Positions 23,280 to 36,821 of a stretch of DNA of 64,000 nucleotides are shown here, piece by piece (the first letter of the stretch is position 1; every line of letters begins with the position of its first letter). The notes below the pieces were generated by a model that had not been told where the DNA came from, did not search any database, and worked only from the letters and a program-made list of their open reading frames with translations. A program made the translations under genes and the position numbers. Origin of the DNA: Torpedo marmorata. Taxonomy: Eukaryota. The DNA lies in the NCBI GenBank assembly GCA_977017645.1, contig OZ360257.1:14260001-14324000 (forward strand), given 5' to 3'.

Positions 23280-25180
23280 TAATCATACAACGGTTCACAT
23301 TGTTATCGGGAGTGCAGAAGGCTATCGTGGGTTATCACGGGATATAGACAGGATGCGGAGTTGGGCAGAGAAGTGGCAGATTGAGTTCAATACGGTTAAG
23401 TGTAGTGCACTTTGAAGGTCGAATCGAAAGCGGAGTGCGTGTTAATGGCAGAATTTCTAGCAGTTTGGAGGAACTGAGAGATCTTTGGGTCCATGTTAAT
23501 ACACCCCTTAAGGTTGCTGCGCTAGTTGACGCGCTGGTCAAGAAGGTGTATGGTGGGTTGGACTTCATTCGTCGGATAAAAGCCGAGAGGAAATGTTGCA
23601 GACCCATAAACCTCTGGTGAGACCACACTTGGAATATTGCGTTCAGTTCTGTTCGCTTTGTTACTGCAAGTATGTAGATGCATTAGAGAGGGTGCAGATA
23701 TTTATCAGGATATCTTATTGCCTTGATTGGAGACCATGTCATATGGAGCAAGGTTGACAGAGATAGAGCTTTTCTCTGTGGATGACAGGTGAATAAACAG
23801 AGGTATATAAGGTTATGAGGAGGCTTATAAAGTTTGGACATTCAGCACCTTTTTCCTGGGGCGACAATAGTTTTTTTTTTTTTTTTTTGAATATTTTATT
23901 TAAAATTTTAAATCACAAAATACATTGTATAAATCGCAAAATTATCAAAATACATGTGATATATTTTCTCCCTCCCAACCACCCTCCCCACCCTAACCCC
24001 CCCATACTCATCTATAAAATAAAATAAAATAAAGTAAGAAAAGAAAAAGAAAAACTAAGGAGAATGTCAACCTAGAATAAAAATAACTATAAACTAAAAT
24101 TTTGTGGAAATTAGGTTCACCAGCCTGATCCAATGTTCAGAGATCTTCAAATTTTTATTTTTAAGCCGACCAATTTTATATATGGGCTCCATATTTTCGA
24201 AAAGAAATGATATTTGTGACGTAAATTATAAGTAATTTTTTCAAGTGGTATACAAGAACGAAGTTCTGCGTGCCACCTTTCTAAACCTAAATCTACATCA
24301 GATTTCCAAGTGATAGCAATACATTTCTTAGCAACCGCTAAAGCAATTCTCAAAAACTCAATTTGATACATATTTAAATTCATCATAATACTAATTCTTT
24401 TAATATCACCAAATAAAAATATCATCGGATTCATTGGAAGTATATTTCTTAATACTTTGTCTAAAAATTCCTTAACTTTAAACCAAAAATCCTGAATCTT
24501 TGGACAAAACCAAGTAGAATGTACACCCTCAAGGTTGCTGCGCGAGTTGACGCGCTGGTCAAGAAGGTGTATGGTGGGTTGGACTTCATTCGTCGGATAA
24601 AAGCCGAGAGGAAATGTTGCAGACCCATAAACCTCTGGTGAGACCACACTTGGAATATTGCGTTCAGTTCTGTTCGCTTTGTTACTGTAAGTATGTAGAT
24701 GCATTAGAGAGGGTGCAAATATTTATCAGGATATTTTATTGCCTGCATTGGAGACCATGTCATATGGAGCAAGGTTGACAGAGATAGAGCTTTTCTCTGT
24801 GGATGACAGGTGAATAAACAGAGGTATATAAGGTTATGAGGGGGCTTAGAAAGTTTGGACATTCAGCACCTGTTTCCTGGGGCGACAATAGTTAATACCG
24901 GAGGACAGCTTATTAAGGTGAGTAAAGGAAACTTTAAGGCAAATGTGGGAGTTACGTTTTTAAACAGATAGTGGTTGGTCCCTCGAAATCATTGCCTGTG
25001 GTGGCGGAGATTGCTACAATAGGGACATTCTAATGTCTCCAAGATAGGAACAGGGTGTAAGAAATATACAGCGTTATAGGTGTGCGCTTGGGAAATTATA
25101 TTGTTGTGGAATGGGTTCAGGTAAATTGGCACAAAGTCGTGTACTGAAGGTTCTGCACTGTGTTGTATATTTTACGTTCT
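23280..25180 (+). mobile_element. CR1 LINE 3' fragment, internally duplicated and split by an L1 insertion
   Basis: Same CR1 as 11440-12322. The segment 23500-23870 is repeated at 24522-24891. Confidence 0.8.
23871..24521 (-). mobile_element. 5'-truncated L1-clade LINE (ORF2 C-terminus, 3' UTR, poly(A))
   Basis: Poly(T) at 23871-23888 with an adjacent AATAAA on the minus strand. Open frame H.TWFCPKIQDFW..IFLFGD..AKKCIAITWK..LEKITY..FSKIWSPY. Found only in this unit. Confidence 0.88.
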
Positions 25181-25300
25181 GTGCACCATCCAGAGACCCT
25201 ATTTTCATTTGAAGGTTACTTTGTGGTCATGCACGTACAGTGATTTTTGTTTACTTTGTTCGAGGTTATTCATTTTGTTATGTGAGAAAATAAACTGGTG

Positions 25301-26450
25301 TCATTCCTTGCAGTTGTTTGCCTTGGTAAGAAGAGTCACTGGACATTTTACCAGATTCTTCAGACCCTCTCTGAATTTCCTCTGGGACAGTGCAACAAGG
25401 AAGTGGTTGAAATTTTAAATCTAGCATTGGGAACGGGAACAGGCACTTCCGGCCCACGAGCCCGTCCCACCAAAATACCACAATTAACTTTCAACCTCCT
25501 TACGGTTTTTTTTATTTGGGAGGAAACCGGAGGGCACGGAGGAAACACTCGTAGACATGGGGAGAACGTACAAGCTCTTTCCAGTAGCGCCGGAAATGAA
25601 CCCGGGTCGCTGGCGCTTTAATAGCGTTGCTCTAACCGCTGTTGTTAACAATGGGATTGGGCAAGAAATCGAAAACTTCAGCATATAACCCGACAATCCC
25701 GTAATGGTGAAGGTATCATTGCAGCTTCCTTCCAAAATATGCGCAACAGTAAATTGCACGCATATGAAAGCCATCCTGAAGAGAATAAACGTGCTGGAAA
25801 TGACCAGCAGCAACATTATCGGTTTCCTGCGGTTCCCCATCTCTGCGACACTGCGGATCCCATTGGTGTTCTTTCTTCGGAGTTTGCTCCTCGCTCGGAT
25901 AGCCAGTATAATGCGGCTGATGGTCAGGGAATGTGGCGCCAAGATAAAGACATAAAGAGCAAATGAGTTAAATACTTTTTACTGCCAGAGAATAACTGCT
26001 CAAATTCATAAGGTGTAAAAGCATGATATTACATTGCAGGATAATTCAACGTTATCAATTACTTCCCGAGGTTAATAAATAAAATGGTGTTTTTACCAAA
26101 ATGTTGAGGAACATTCCACCGCGATTTCGCTACAGATGAATTATTTTCAGTGCAATATGTTGCTCGTAGCGTTTGGTGACAAATAGCAAAAAATCGATCG
26201 AACATGAAAGCCACAGTTAGTCACATCGAACAGTCAATGGAAATAAATAACATGGTCAGAATAACTCTACAGAGAGAAGTCTGATTGAAGTCTGAATGTG
26301 GAAAATACCGATCGTCAATCTCATATAAAATCAATTCATATACAGTTTCACAACCACTCAGTCAGCTTCTGCCATTCGCAGCAACCACTGAGTGATGCAT
26401 TTTGAGAGGCCGTAAATTACATGGAACAGAATGACGAATGGCAGCAAAGT
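25301..26450 (-). pseudogene. GPR139-like paralogue B pseudogene, unit 3 copy
   Basis: ORF 25484-25942 reads SLTISRIILAIRARSKLRRK..EMGNRRKPIMLLLVISSTFIL and is homologous to 783-1915. Confidence 0.85.
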
Positions 26451-26457
26451 AGTTTCA

Positions 26458-27845
26458 AAACATAGAACATAGAACATGGAACATAACAGCACAGTACAGG
26501 CTATTCGGCCTTCAATGTTGTGCCGATCTGTATATTCCTACCAAGAAAATACTGAAACCTTCCAAACATATAATCCTCTAATTTTCGTTCATCCATGTGC
26601 CTGTCTACGAGTCTCTTAAATACCCAAAATGATTCAGCCCCCACCACCAACCTGGCAAAGCATTGCCGGGTCCTCCATCTCTGTGTGAATAATTTACCTC
26701 TGATATCTCCCCTCAACCTTCCTCCCTTCACTTTGTGCATACGTCCCCTGGTGTTTGCTATTCCCTCCCTGCGAAAAGGCGCTTGCTGTCTTCCCTATCT
26801 ACTGTCTATATTCTTGTAGACTTTGATTAAGTCACCTCTCATCCTTCTTCACTCCAAACAAAAAAGTCCCTGCTCTACTAACCTTGTCTCGGAAGACATT
26901 TTACAATCCAGGCAATACACTGGTAAATCTCCTCCGCACCCTCTCCACAGTTTCCACATCCTTCCTATAACAATGTGGCCAGAACTGAATAAAATACTAT
27001 AAGTATGGTCTAACCAGAGGTGTGTAGAGTTGCAACATGACCTCTATACTATTGAACTCAATCTCCCTATAATTGAAACCCAGCATCCCTAGGCCTTCTT
27101 AACTATCCTATCAACCTGCGCGGAAACATTGAGAGATCTATGGATTTGAACTTCAAGGTCCCTCTGTTCCTCCACACTCTTCAGTATCCGACCATTAATG
27201 CTGTATTCATCAAGGTGTGACCTTCCAAAATGATTCACAAACTTATCCGGATTGAAGTCGATCTGCCACTTTTGCGCCCATCTCTGCATTGTAATATACG
27301 ACAAACTTCAACACTAGCTGCAGCTCCTCCAACCATTATATCATTTGCAGACCTACTGACACACCCTTCCGCTCTTCATCTCGGTCATTTATAAAATGCA
27401 CAAAGAGCAGGGGTTCTAGAAAATATCCCTGCGGAACTCCACTGGTCACTGACTTCCAGACAGAATACTTTCTGTGCCGTCCTCTGCTTTCTACAGGCAA
27501 GCCAATTTATTATCCACACAGCTGAGATTCCGTGGATAGAATGCCTGATGTCTTTCTGACCGAGTCTTTCATGGGGAACCTTGTCAAACCCCTCACTGAA
27601 ATCCATATGTACCTTGTCTAAAGTCACACTTTCCTCAATATATTTTGTTCTCTCCTCAGAAAATGCAATGAGGCTCATGAAGCACGACCATCCCCTCACA
27701 AAGCCATGCTTATGTCTCTCAGACGACTGTACCTCTCCAAATGCTCATAAATCGTGTCCTTAAGAATCCTCTCCGATAGTTTTCACACCACTGACGTAGG
27801 CCTCACCTGTCTGTAATTCTCAGGATACTCTCTATTACCCTTTTT
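26458..27845 (-). mobile_element. CR1 LINE RT fragment
   Basis: MDFSEGFDKVPHERL and WAQKWQIDFNPDK motifs. Confidence 0.88.
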
Positions 27846-29819
27846 AGAGATTTAGATTAATAATGTTCTCTGATCTGAAGTCAGAACAGCAGACACTTCG
27901 TGATTTGCTGAAATTACAAAAACACACACATACAGAAACACACACACGCTGTTCAATCCGCTGAGTCCCCCCAATAGTTTGACGTTTTGGCACTGTGGAA
28001 GAAAGGTTTCCACACGCAAAGGAAAACCCCCATTCAGCCAGGGGGGGGTGGCGTTTAAATGTGCTTCGGATAAGTACATGGCGAGGGTTAGAGGCACAAT
28101 CTTCACACAGAGAGTAATGGGTGCATGGAATTCACTGCTGGCAACTGCTTTAGAGGCAGGTACAATAGGATATTTTTAGAGACGAGTATATTGGTGCATG
28201 GAACAGCGAGAAAATGAGCGTTATACAGGACGGAAATTCTCGGAATTCTTGGAAGCGGAGATTATCAGGTTGGCATAAAACTATGGCCCAAATGGCCTAT
28301 ACTGCGTTGAAGATTTCTATATTCTATATTCAATTTTCCATCATGAACTATTACCTTCTGTTACGAGGCAAACATTGAATCCGAATTTCCAAATTACCTT
28401 TGATCCCTTGAACTGTGACCAGTGCATTATTTAGACATACAGCACTGTAACAGGCCTTTCTGGCCCACAGTCTGTGCCGCTCAAATAACCCAATAAAGAT
28501 ACGTTTTAAAGGGTGGGAGGAAACCGGATCACCCGGAGGAAACCCACGCAGACACATGGAGAACGGACAAACTCCTCACAGACAGGGCCTGGTTCGAACC
28601 CGGGACACTGGCCCTGTAAATGTGTTGCACTAACCGCTACGCTAACCGTGCAAGCCCATTGTCTGGATATTTGACAGGGTCGTACCGAAATTCGTGTCAA
28701 CTTCATCAACTGCAGTACTCTCATCGATACATTGAGCTGTTCCTCGAAACAAACATAAAATTGGTTGTATATAATCTGCCAACAACAAAGCTATGCTAAC
28801 TCTCCTTAATCAATCCCCTTCTCTCCAACTGTGTATTCATCCTGGATCTCGGAAATATTTTCAGTTTTCTTTGCAAATGCTGTTCTTGTTGTTACCTTTG
28901 ATTTATGGTATTTCTTTCATGATCTTGCTGCACATTATACTTGGTGGAAGTTAAAAAGCAGACGACGGATCATGCCCAATTCCTCCAAATAATTATGGAT
29001 CATTTTCGTTGCTAGGATGGTATTGCAGCTGGTTTTGATCGAGATCTGCAAGTGACTGGAGAACTGGGAAGCTCCATGTAGCTGTTGCTTGTACTTGGAA
29101 CACACAGGCTGCTCTGATCCTGCTGTCTCAAATCCTTTAGCTGGAGGTAATTCGAGGAAACAAAAGCCACCAGACTGTTTCTTGAATTTAACGTGAGCGG
29201 CGGAAAATCTCTTTGAAATAAAGCAACGTAGCGCACATACCTTCCTTATATTGGATCGGCATGCGGGGATCTTTTCTGAGTGGTTGATTTCCATTAAAAA
29301 TTATTTCGCCACGTGCAGAGCTAAACCATTAGCTATTTTCCATTAATTCCCTCAATTTTATGTCACCACATTTTGATGCAGTATAGTAAAAATCGAAATG
29401 CAACACGAATACTTGGGAGTTGTTTCTATAAATGTGGGAACTTACGTCAGCAAAAGCAACGCGTTTATTCAATGGACAAGAGCATTGCGCCGGTTGGAGA
29501 AGCTGTGCCTTAAAATGTATTATATGTATGACGTAAATATGTATTATTTGTCTGTATGTGTGTTATGTCTGGTTGTATGTCTGCATGTTTTGCACCTACA
29601 CGAGAGAACGCAGTTTCTTCGGGTTGTACTTGTACAATCAGGTGACAAAAAACTTGACTTGAAAACTCGAGTATGAAAAGACGTTTTAGCAGATGTTACA
29701 TTGCTTACGATGTACACGAACTATTCTAAGAATAGGATTGTTATTCTTTTCGTTCTCTAACATTACTGGTCGCTCCATGATTGGACAGATGAGATGCAGT
29801 TGCGCCATTTATTTTAATG

Positions 29820-30193
29820 CAGTGGTTTTCAAACTTTTTCTTCACACTCACACACCACATTAAGTAATCCCTATGCCACAGTTGCTCTGTGATTAGTAAG
29901 GGATTATTTAAGGTGGTATGTGAGTGGAAATAAAAAGTTTGAAAACCACTGTTTTAATCATACCTCGTTGACTCGTTATGTGCACGGCTTCATAACTCCA
30001 AAGGAAATGGGCCAATGACAATTTTTATTAAGCAAAATATTTCAGTAACAATTAGGTCTGGAGCAGTGGTTCTCAATCTTTTTTCCCCACTCACATACCA
30101 ATTTAAGTAACCCTTACTAATCACAGAGCACCGATACCACAGTGATTATTTAGGGTGGTATGTTAGTGGAAAGAAAAAGTTTGAAAACCACTG
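29820..30193. mobile_element. hAT-like double-palindrome MITE
   Basis: Copy of 5579-5952. Confidence 0.8.
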
Positions 30194-30832
30194 GCTTCAT
30201 GGAATTCACAGCAATCCCTGACTTATAAATAAAGTAAACCTGACACATAATGACACACGAACACGAAATTATTGTCATTAGTCGCAGATTTTCATTGGAG
30301 CAAACAGATTAAATAAAGTCATAACTGCTGATGTCGATCAGGAAGACGAATCATTCCAAACAAAATATATCCACATCGCATTATTATAGTGACGATGTGT
30401 ATTTATAGATTCGTGAAGGAACCAACAAACCCGAGACCTTGTGATGATTTGCCTGTTCCTTAGTATTGTTTAAATTCACACTGTTGGAATCTTGAAAAGT
30501 ACTATATCATTTTGCCTTTGGGTTAGAAATATAATTGTTCTGAAATCCACACAAAAATCAAATCAAATAATTCGGATGAAAAATAGCAAATTGAAATTGA
30601 TTTTCCGAATTCTCCCACAAATTGTTCACATTATTTCTTTGGGCTTCTTAAATTTGTCAACAGCTATCGACGTTTGTGCCAATAAATTGGCGATTTAACT
30701 TGCATAACAACGTAGAACTACTGCAAATAATATTTTCAGCATTATGAACCCTGCCTTTGGAAGGGAAAATCTTGAAAATCAGAATTTGGGTCTTATTCTT
30801 TTTCAAAATAACTTACTCGATCTTCTTCGCTG

Positions 30833-31085
30833 AGCGGCACAGTTAGCGTAGGGGTTAGCGCAACCCTGTTACAGCGCCAGCGATTGGGACTGGGGATCGA
30901 ATCCCACGCTGACTGTGAGGAGTTTTTACGTTCTCCCCGTGTCTGCGTGGGTTTTCCCAACGGACTCCGGTTTGCTCCCACCCTTCAAATGTACTGGGTG
31001 TGTAGGTCAATTGGGTGTGATTAGGTGGCATGGGCCTGTGGACCGAAAGGGGTTGTTATCGTGCTGTACGTCTAAATTAAAAAAT
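30833..31085 (+). mobile_element. V-SINE/HE1-like SINE
   Basis: ggcacagttagcgtag..ttacagcgccagcga..gatcgaatccc and 'ccccgtgtctgcgtgggttttcc..tccggtttgctcccacc'. Copies at ~43492-43745 and ~56328-56580. Confidence 0.85.
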
Positions 31086-32114
31086 AACCATCTAAATTTA
31101 AATTTAAAAGTTACAGCATGCTACTTAGATATTGTCGGTCGTTCTCACAGTGTTGTTGATCAGCACCTGCATTATGCATGTGCTTGCAGCCAACGCGATG
31201 GCGCCGTGTGTAAGGAGCACGGTGTTCAGTACTTCCGTTACCGGGCATTGAGGGGCCGAGACCTGAGGGGAAGCCTCAATCACCAGTTGGGGGAGCATCG
31301 GCCAGGTGGCAAACGTGCTTAAAAGAGAACGACTTTAACAATGTAGAGTGATGCCTATCTATGGATATGACACAAATGCCGCGATAAGACTGAAGGGTTT
31401 TATTTTGTAAATTATTTTATTGGTAATAATGTTTATTTTTGATAAAAGTATTTGAAAATTCCACAGAGCGCCCATTGGTTCGTTCAAATGTATAGCGTAC
31501 CGCTCCATGGCGACTTTGCTCGATTTAAAAAAAAACCTTGTCAGTTTTTCAGTTAGATAAAAGATAAATGAAAACATCCCTGGATATTAGTGCAATACAC
31601 AATAGTGCTGGAGTAATTCAGGATGTATATAACTTTCCTTCCAATGGACGTTTCATGGGATGCTGAGTTTATTCTGTACTTTTGTGTATTGCACTACAAT
31701 CACAGCATCGGCAGAATTCTGTAGAATTCCCTGCGTGTTAATTGTTATGCAAGATTCAGCAGAGTTCTAATTTTAACATGATACCTCAAGTATCAGATCA
31801 GCTCCCAAAGCCTTAGACTGACATTTCTGACATAGAAACAGCGCTTGTCCACGAGACATAGCACTACTCCGAAGGGTTCCAATGCCCGGTCCTAATGCCG
31901 GCTGACACGTACAGGCTTTAAAATGGCCGATAAAGGGTCCGACTGTATTTGTAAGTAAAATCATGTACCCTCGGGGTCTGTCACCAAGACAGTGACGCCT
32001 CGGCTCGGCAGCGGCCACGACGAGTTTCGGACCCCGGGAGAGTAGGAAGTTAGAAACCGTACCCGAGGGAAGCCCTTTCAGGCTCTACTGTTCTATGTTC
32101 TGTATTGTTATGTA

Positions 32115-32690
32115 ATGGGAGTGTCGGAAGATATTCACAGGTGATACCAAATTGAACAAGGGTTCCAGATATTGGCAAGGCGATCTTAGGACTCAAAGGA
32201 CTGTAAACATTGATTATATCTGCTGAATAATTTCACTTTTCGATATTGACGGCCGGGATAAGTATCGGCTCACCTCACCACTCAAACCAACAGCGTTTGG
32301 ACCAGAGATGATCAATAAAAGGCCGATGTGCTCAATCATGTTAAGATTGAACACACATATGATTATGGAGCCTAGTGGAAGCAGCACAGGTTTCAAGTAT
32401 TAACTTGTTAGGTTTTTGCTGATTCAGGAACTGTTATGCTGGAATGGAGATTTCTGCTCGTCCTCCCACAGTTCATAGTGACGGTTAAGGAAATTAGAAC
32501 CCATTGATGGGAATTCAGCTGTTGAGCAGACGTCCGGGGTAATAAAATAGATCATCACCGAATACGTGAGAGACAACTTCATAAAGGTAATTGAGTCAAG
32601 TGCAGCACCCAACAGAAATAGTGGCTTCCTTACTGATGTGTTTGGAGAATTATATCTGACTTCACCGCATCCCCGAGAAGAGCAAATCAG
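32115..32690 (-). pseudogene. Possible SV2/SVOP-like (MFS) transporter relic, C-terminal half
   Basis: Ordered motifs FMKLSLTYSVMIYFITPDV / LLPLGSIIICVFNLNMIEHIGLLLIISG / SKSEII / IWN..ITCEYLPT, with stops and frameshifts. Copies at ~44949-45524 and ~57608-58183. Confidence 0.35.
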
Positions 32691-34267
32691 ATATTAAACG
32701 TGATGAAGGTTTCTGACCCGAAACGTCGATGTATCGTATCTCCACGAATGATGCTCGACCTACTGAGTTCCTCCAGCATATTTCTTTGCTTCATATGCCT
32801 GTTTAAAAAGACAATCTCCTAGATTCCCCTTAAAACTCACCTTAAACTCGTGTCCACTTACTTTTGTTAATCCTGGCATTAGAAATAGGTTTTGAACATC
32901 TTCCCTATCGGTGACTCTCATCATCTTACTTATATTTCCCAGCTCGTTCCTAAACCCGCTGTGCTCCAGGGAAAATTGGCCCCTTCCTATTAAGCACCTT
33001 CCACAGCTCGTCCTCCTTTCCAGGCAACATCCTGGTGAATTTTCTGCAACAACGCCGGTCCAATCACATAAATAGTGTGGCGACCAGAACTGCAAACTAT
33101 ACTTCAAGTACAGTCTGAACAGTGTTTGTGAAATTCGAGATCCTATATATTATCCTCGAACTAGGAAGGCACCATCACCCTAAAAAACGTGTTGCTGCTT
33201 TGAGGCAACTATGAATTCAGACCCCCATGTCCCTCTGTTCATCACGTTTCCTTCCTGATGGAACATTTAGTGCATATGCCGTGCATTATTTGCAGTTGTC
33301 AGCATAAAATTCCAGCTGGCAACGCACAGCCCAAGTTTTCACCTGATCTATATCCTGCCGAAATTGAAGATTCAATTTTATTTTATTGTTATGCTATAAT
33401 ACAGAACATTAAATATGACACGACCTGTGTTTGGGATACTTCCTTTTTAAAAATTGAATAAGAAAAGAATTTGCAAATGCTTGACCCGATGACGTTCGAT
33501 TCTGCTCTCCAGCGGAATTCCCTTAAAAGATCTGGCACAGACGACCAGGCCTGCTGAGAAATCTCTGCGTTTTCTGTATTTGTCCCAAGATAGTGAAATT
33601 ATGTCTCCTTTGTTCAGTACCAACTGAACTCTCTCTCTATCTCTCCCTCTCCCCTCTCTCTGTCTCTGTCTGTCTGACTCTCTCTCGATCTCTAACACGC
33701 TCTGTCTCTCTCTGTCTCTCTCTCTCTCTCGCTGAATCACTCTCCCACTCTCTCTGTCTCTCTCTCTCGCTCCCTCTCTCTCTCCATTTCGCTCTCTCTC
33801 TCTCTCCATTTCGTTATCTCTCTCGTACTCTCACTTTATCTACTTCTCTGTAACTCTGCACTTTTTAGTTGCGTCTCACTCCTTCTTCGATGTATGAGAT
33901 GCCAACTGGTATGTTGTAAAAAAATCAAATGAAAAAACACTCTCGTGAGGTCTTCGTACATGCAACAAAAAACCTGAATTCAAATTTGAAATATTGATTA
34001 ACCTGGGCAAAATGTGATTCATGCAGTACGTCGTTGAACGTTTCATTCAATTGTTTGGACATTTACAATGGCCAGATATCCAGTAGTCGCCTAATTTGCG
34101 GATGGCCTCCATTTAGCAGTACAGGAGGACACGTCCCGAAATGTTGGTGTGGGAATGGTGTGTGTGGTTGGCTTTTTTTACGGGGCTTATGTTACAGGGA
34201 ATTATTAATAAAAAGGACGAGATTCGACATTGGAAGCGAACTGAGGAACAGGGCCATGATCTCTGAT

Positions 34268-36774
34268 TCATTGTGGCTGCGTCATTGGTTTTAAAAACCG
34301 TACAAGGGCAATAAATGGATGTTTTGCCACCTTCTTCAACTCCTCCCGGAATCTCCTCTGTGTCATTGCATAAACACAAGTGTTTGTACAGCAGCTCAAA
34401 TACATCAGCAGAATCGCGATTCTAATTGCCAGAAGCAGTGACTTCGGGGCGTCGATCGAAAAACTTGAGGTGAGATGGAAGTATTGGTCAATTATCGTAA
34501 CCGGTGTCCACAACGCTATGAAGGTACCAGAAATGGTGAAGAGCAATATAATGGACGTTCTCCGTTTCGTCATCTCGTGATCAAATACCTGACCGTCCCC
34601 ACGGCTCTTCAAAGCCTTCCGAGCTCTGCTGACAAGTAAAATGTGTCGGACGGTGAGAGAATTCAACAGCAACATCAGCAGCAGCGGCACCAGTGGTACC
34701 ATAAGTTTAGACAACCATCTGTAAGTCTGCCATGCTGGTGAAGAAATATATCGTGTTATAGTACGGCAGCCCCATTGGACATCACCCGCAATGTAATGGG
34801 GTTGATACCGGAAATAAGCTGGAATGTGCATCAAAAAGCTCAGCACACACACAGTCGTAAGAACTACCGTGGCGTTTATTTCGGTACAATATTTTGTTTT
34901 GAATTGCTGGCAACAAATGGCAATGAAGCGGTCCACTGTGAACGATACCGTGGCCCAGACAGAAAATTGCACGCTGGATTTCTGTATGAAGTCTGTAAGA
35001 CGACAAGTGGAGGTATGTGCCAGGAATGAATGAGGAAAATGATAGCCGAAGACGAATATCACTGTAACGTTAAACACACAGACCATTGTGTCTGCAACTG
35101 CCATGGTTACCATGTAACGAGTCACTCCTTTGGAGAGGCCGCGCATTCCCCGTGACAGGACCACAATCGAGAGCAGGTTACCTGTAACAAGATGGAAAAC
35201 CAGGAAATTACCAGAAAAACAAGTCAACATCTTTAACGTGATTTTTACAATGGAATCTTTGGGAATAACCTAATCGAAACATTTGTCTGTTCCTGTAAAT
35301 TATGCAGTTGCCAACATTACATTGGCACTACGGAATGGAAAGAGCAACAACGCTTTCACTACCTCAGAAGCTGAGGAATTTCGGCATGCCCCCGTTGACC
35401 CTGTCCGTTGTGTGCAGATGAACAATAGAAAGTGTCCGGTACGGGTGCATCACAGATTGGAGTGGAAACTGCTGAGCTCGGAGTCTCAAGAAACCACGGA
35501 GAGTAATGAACGCAATTCAGTGTTATCAATAATCCAATCCCCCGTCCATCGACTTCGTCCATATCTCCCGCCGTCTCCCGGATAAATAATCCCTGCCGCC
35601 GGCCAGAAGAAGCACGAGTTTGGAAGAATAGCACCCAACCAGATTCAAGGGCACATGCATTCCTGCTGGCAGGCTGTTGAATAGACCTCTCATGAGTAAA
35701 AGGTAATGACTTGCATAGCTTAACAGCACTCCTGTCTTTAGCACGTCATGTTGTACTTTATTGTAACACTATCATCTGTACTATTTCTATCCTTGCGCTG
35801 CCTGCTGTATTTTATATGGCTTGATTTGCCTGGATAGCAGGCAAAATAACGCCTTTTCACTTTTCCCCGGATACGTGACGATAAACAGTTCAAATCTATG
35901 CGTTCAGTTATGGTTGCCTCCTTATAGGAAATATATGGATGCTCTGGAGAGTGTGCAAAGGTGTTGCCTGGATTGCAGAACCTATCATATGAAGGAAGGT
36001 CGACAGAGCTAGGGCTTTTCTCTGCAGCGATGAAGGGGAAGAGGTGAATTATTGGGGGTAGACAACATCATGAGGGGTTTAGATGGGGTGAACAGCAAAC
36101 AACAACATGCTGTATCATGAAGGAACGTAGGCATTCCTTATGTTGTTGTCGCAAAGTTCAAATGAGCTGGTGTCTCTGGTACAGCAGGTTACGTGCTGGT
36201 GATATTTGCGCAGGGCTTTCTTAAGACAGGCCTGATGAAAGTCAACGACTGTGACTGGAAGTGTCTCGGGGTGGGCCTGTTTACTGACCAGGTCATGCAG
36301 CTCCGCAAGTGCCTGTTTGTAATTGGTGTCGGGAAGGAGATAAACTCGGGTGAGAATAACTGATGAGAAACCTCGGGGAACATTGAAGAGTTTTCATTTG
36401 ATCGATATCTGCTCTCCGCCACTGGAGGAAGATTTCGATAGAACACCAACGTCCGTGCACCATCCGATATTAACAGGAAAGCAAACACTGTGCCCTGTCA
36501 CTTTGCCAGAATCCATGTCCCAGTCCAGCCTGTGAATGGTTAAAACCTCTGGTCGGATCACAGCGTTATTTGTGTTTTCTGTTAGCCAGGATTCGCAGCA
36601 GCAAATAACTGAGATTTGTCTCAACTGTCTCTGATATAGCAGCATTGCCCAGAGGTCTTCGGTTTTATTTTTTAGTGACTGGACATTGTCTAACTTCAAC
36701 AACCTCAGGTCAAAAGATTCTTTAAATACTGGCAGAGCGACGACGGCTGAACAACTTTCTGTGAGTGTATGTGT

Positions 36775-36821
<47 letters not shown>

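Noticed and set aside
24147-24704. 185-aa ORF as a novel gene
   Set aside because: It is a chimera of antisense CR1 sequence and the L1 ORF2 C-terminus across the insertion junction.
30915-31322. 135-154 aa plus-strand ORF kept in units 3-5
   Set aside because: It starts at a GTG inside a SINE (or at an ATG within the SINE in unit 5) and has no recognisable domain. The units are too similar for ORF retention to be informative.
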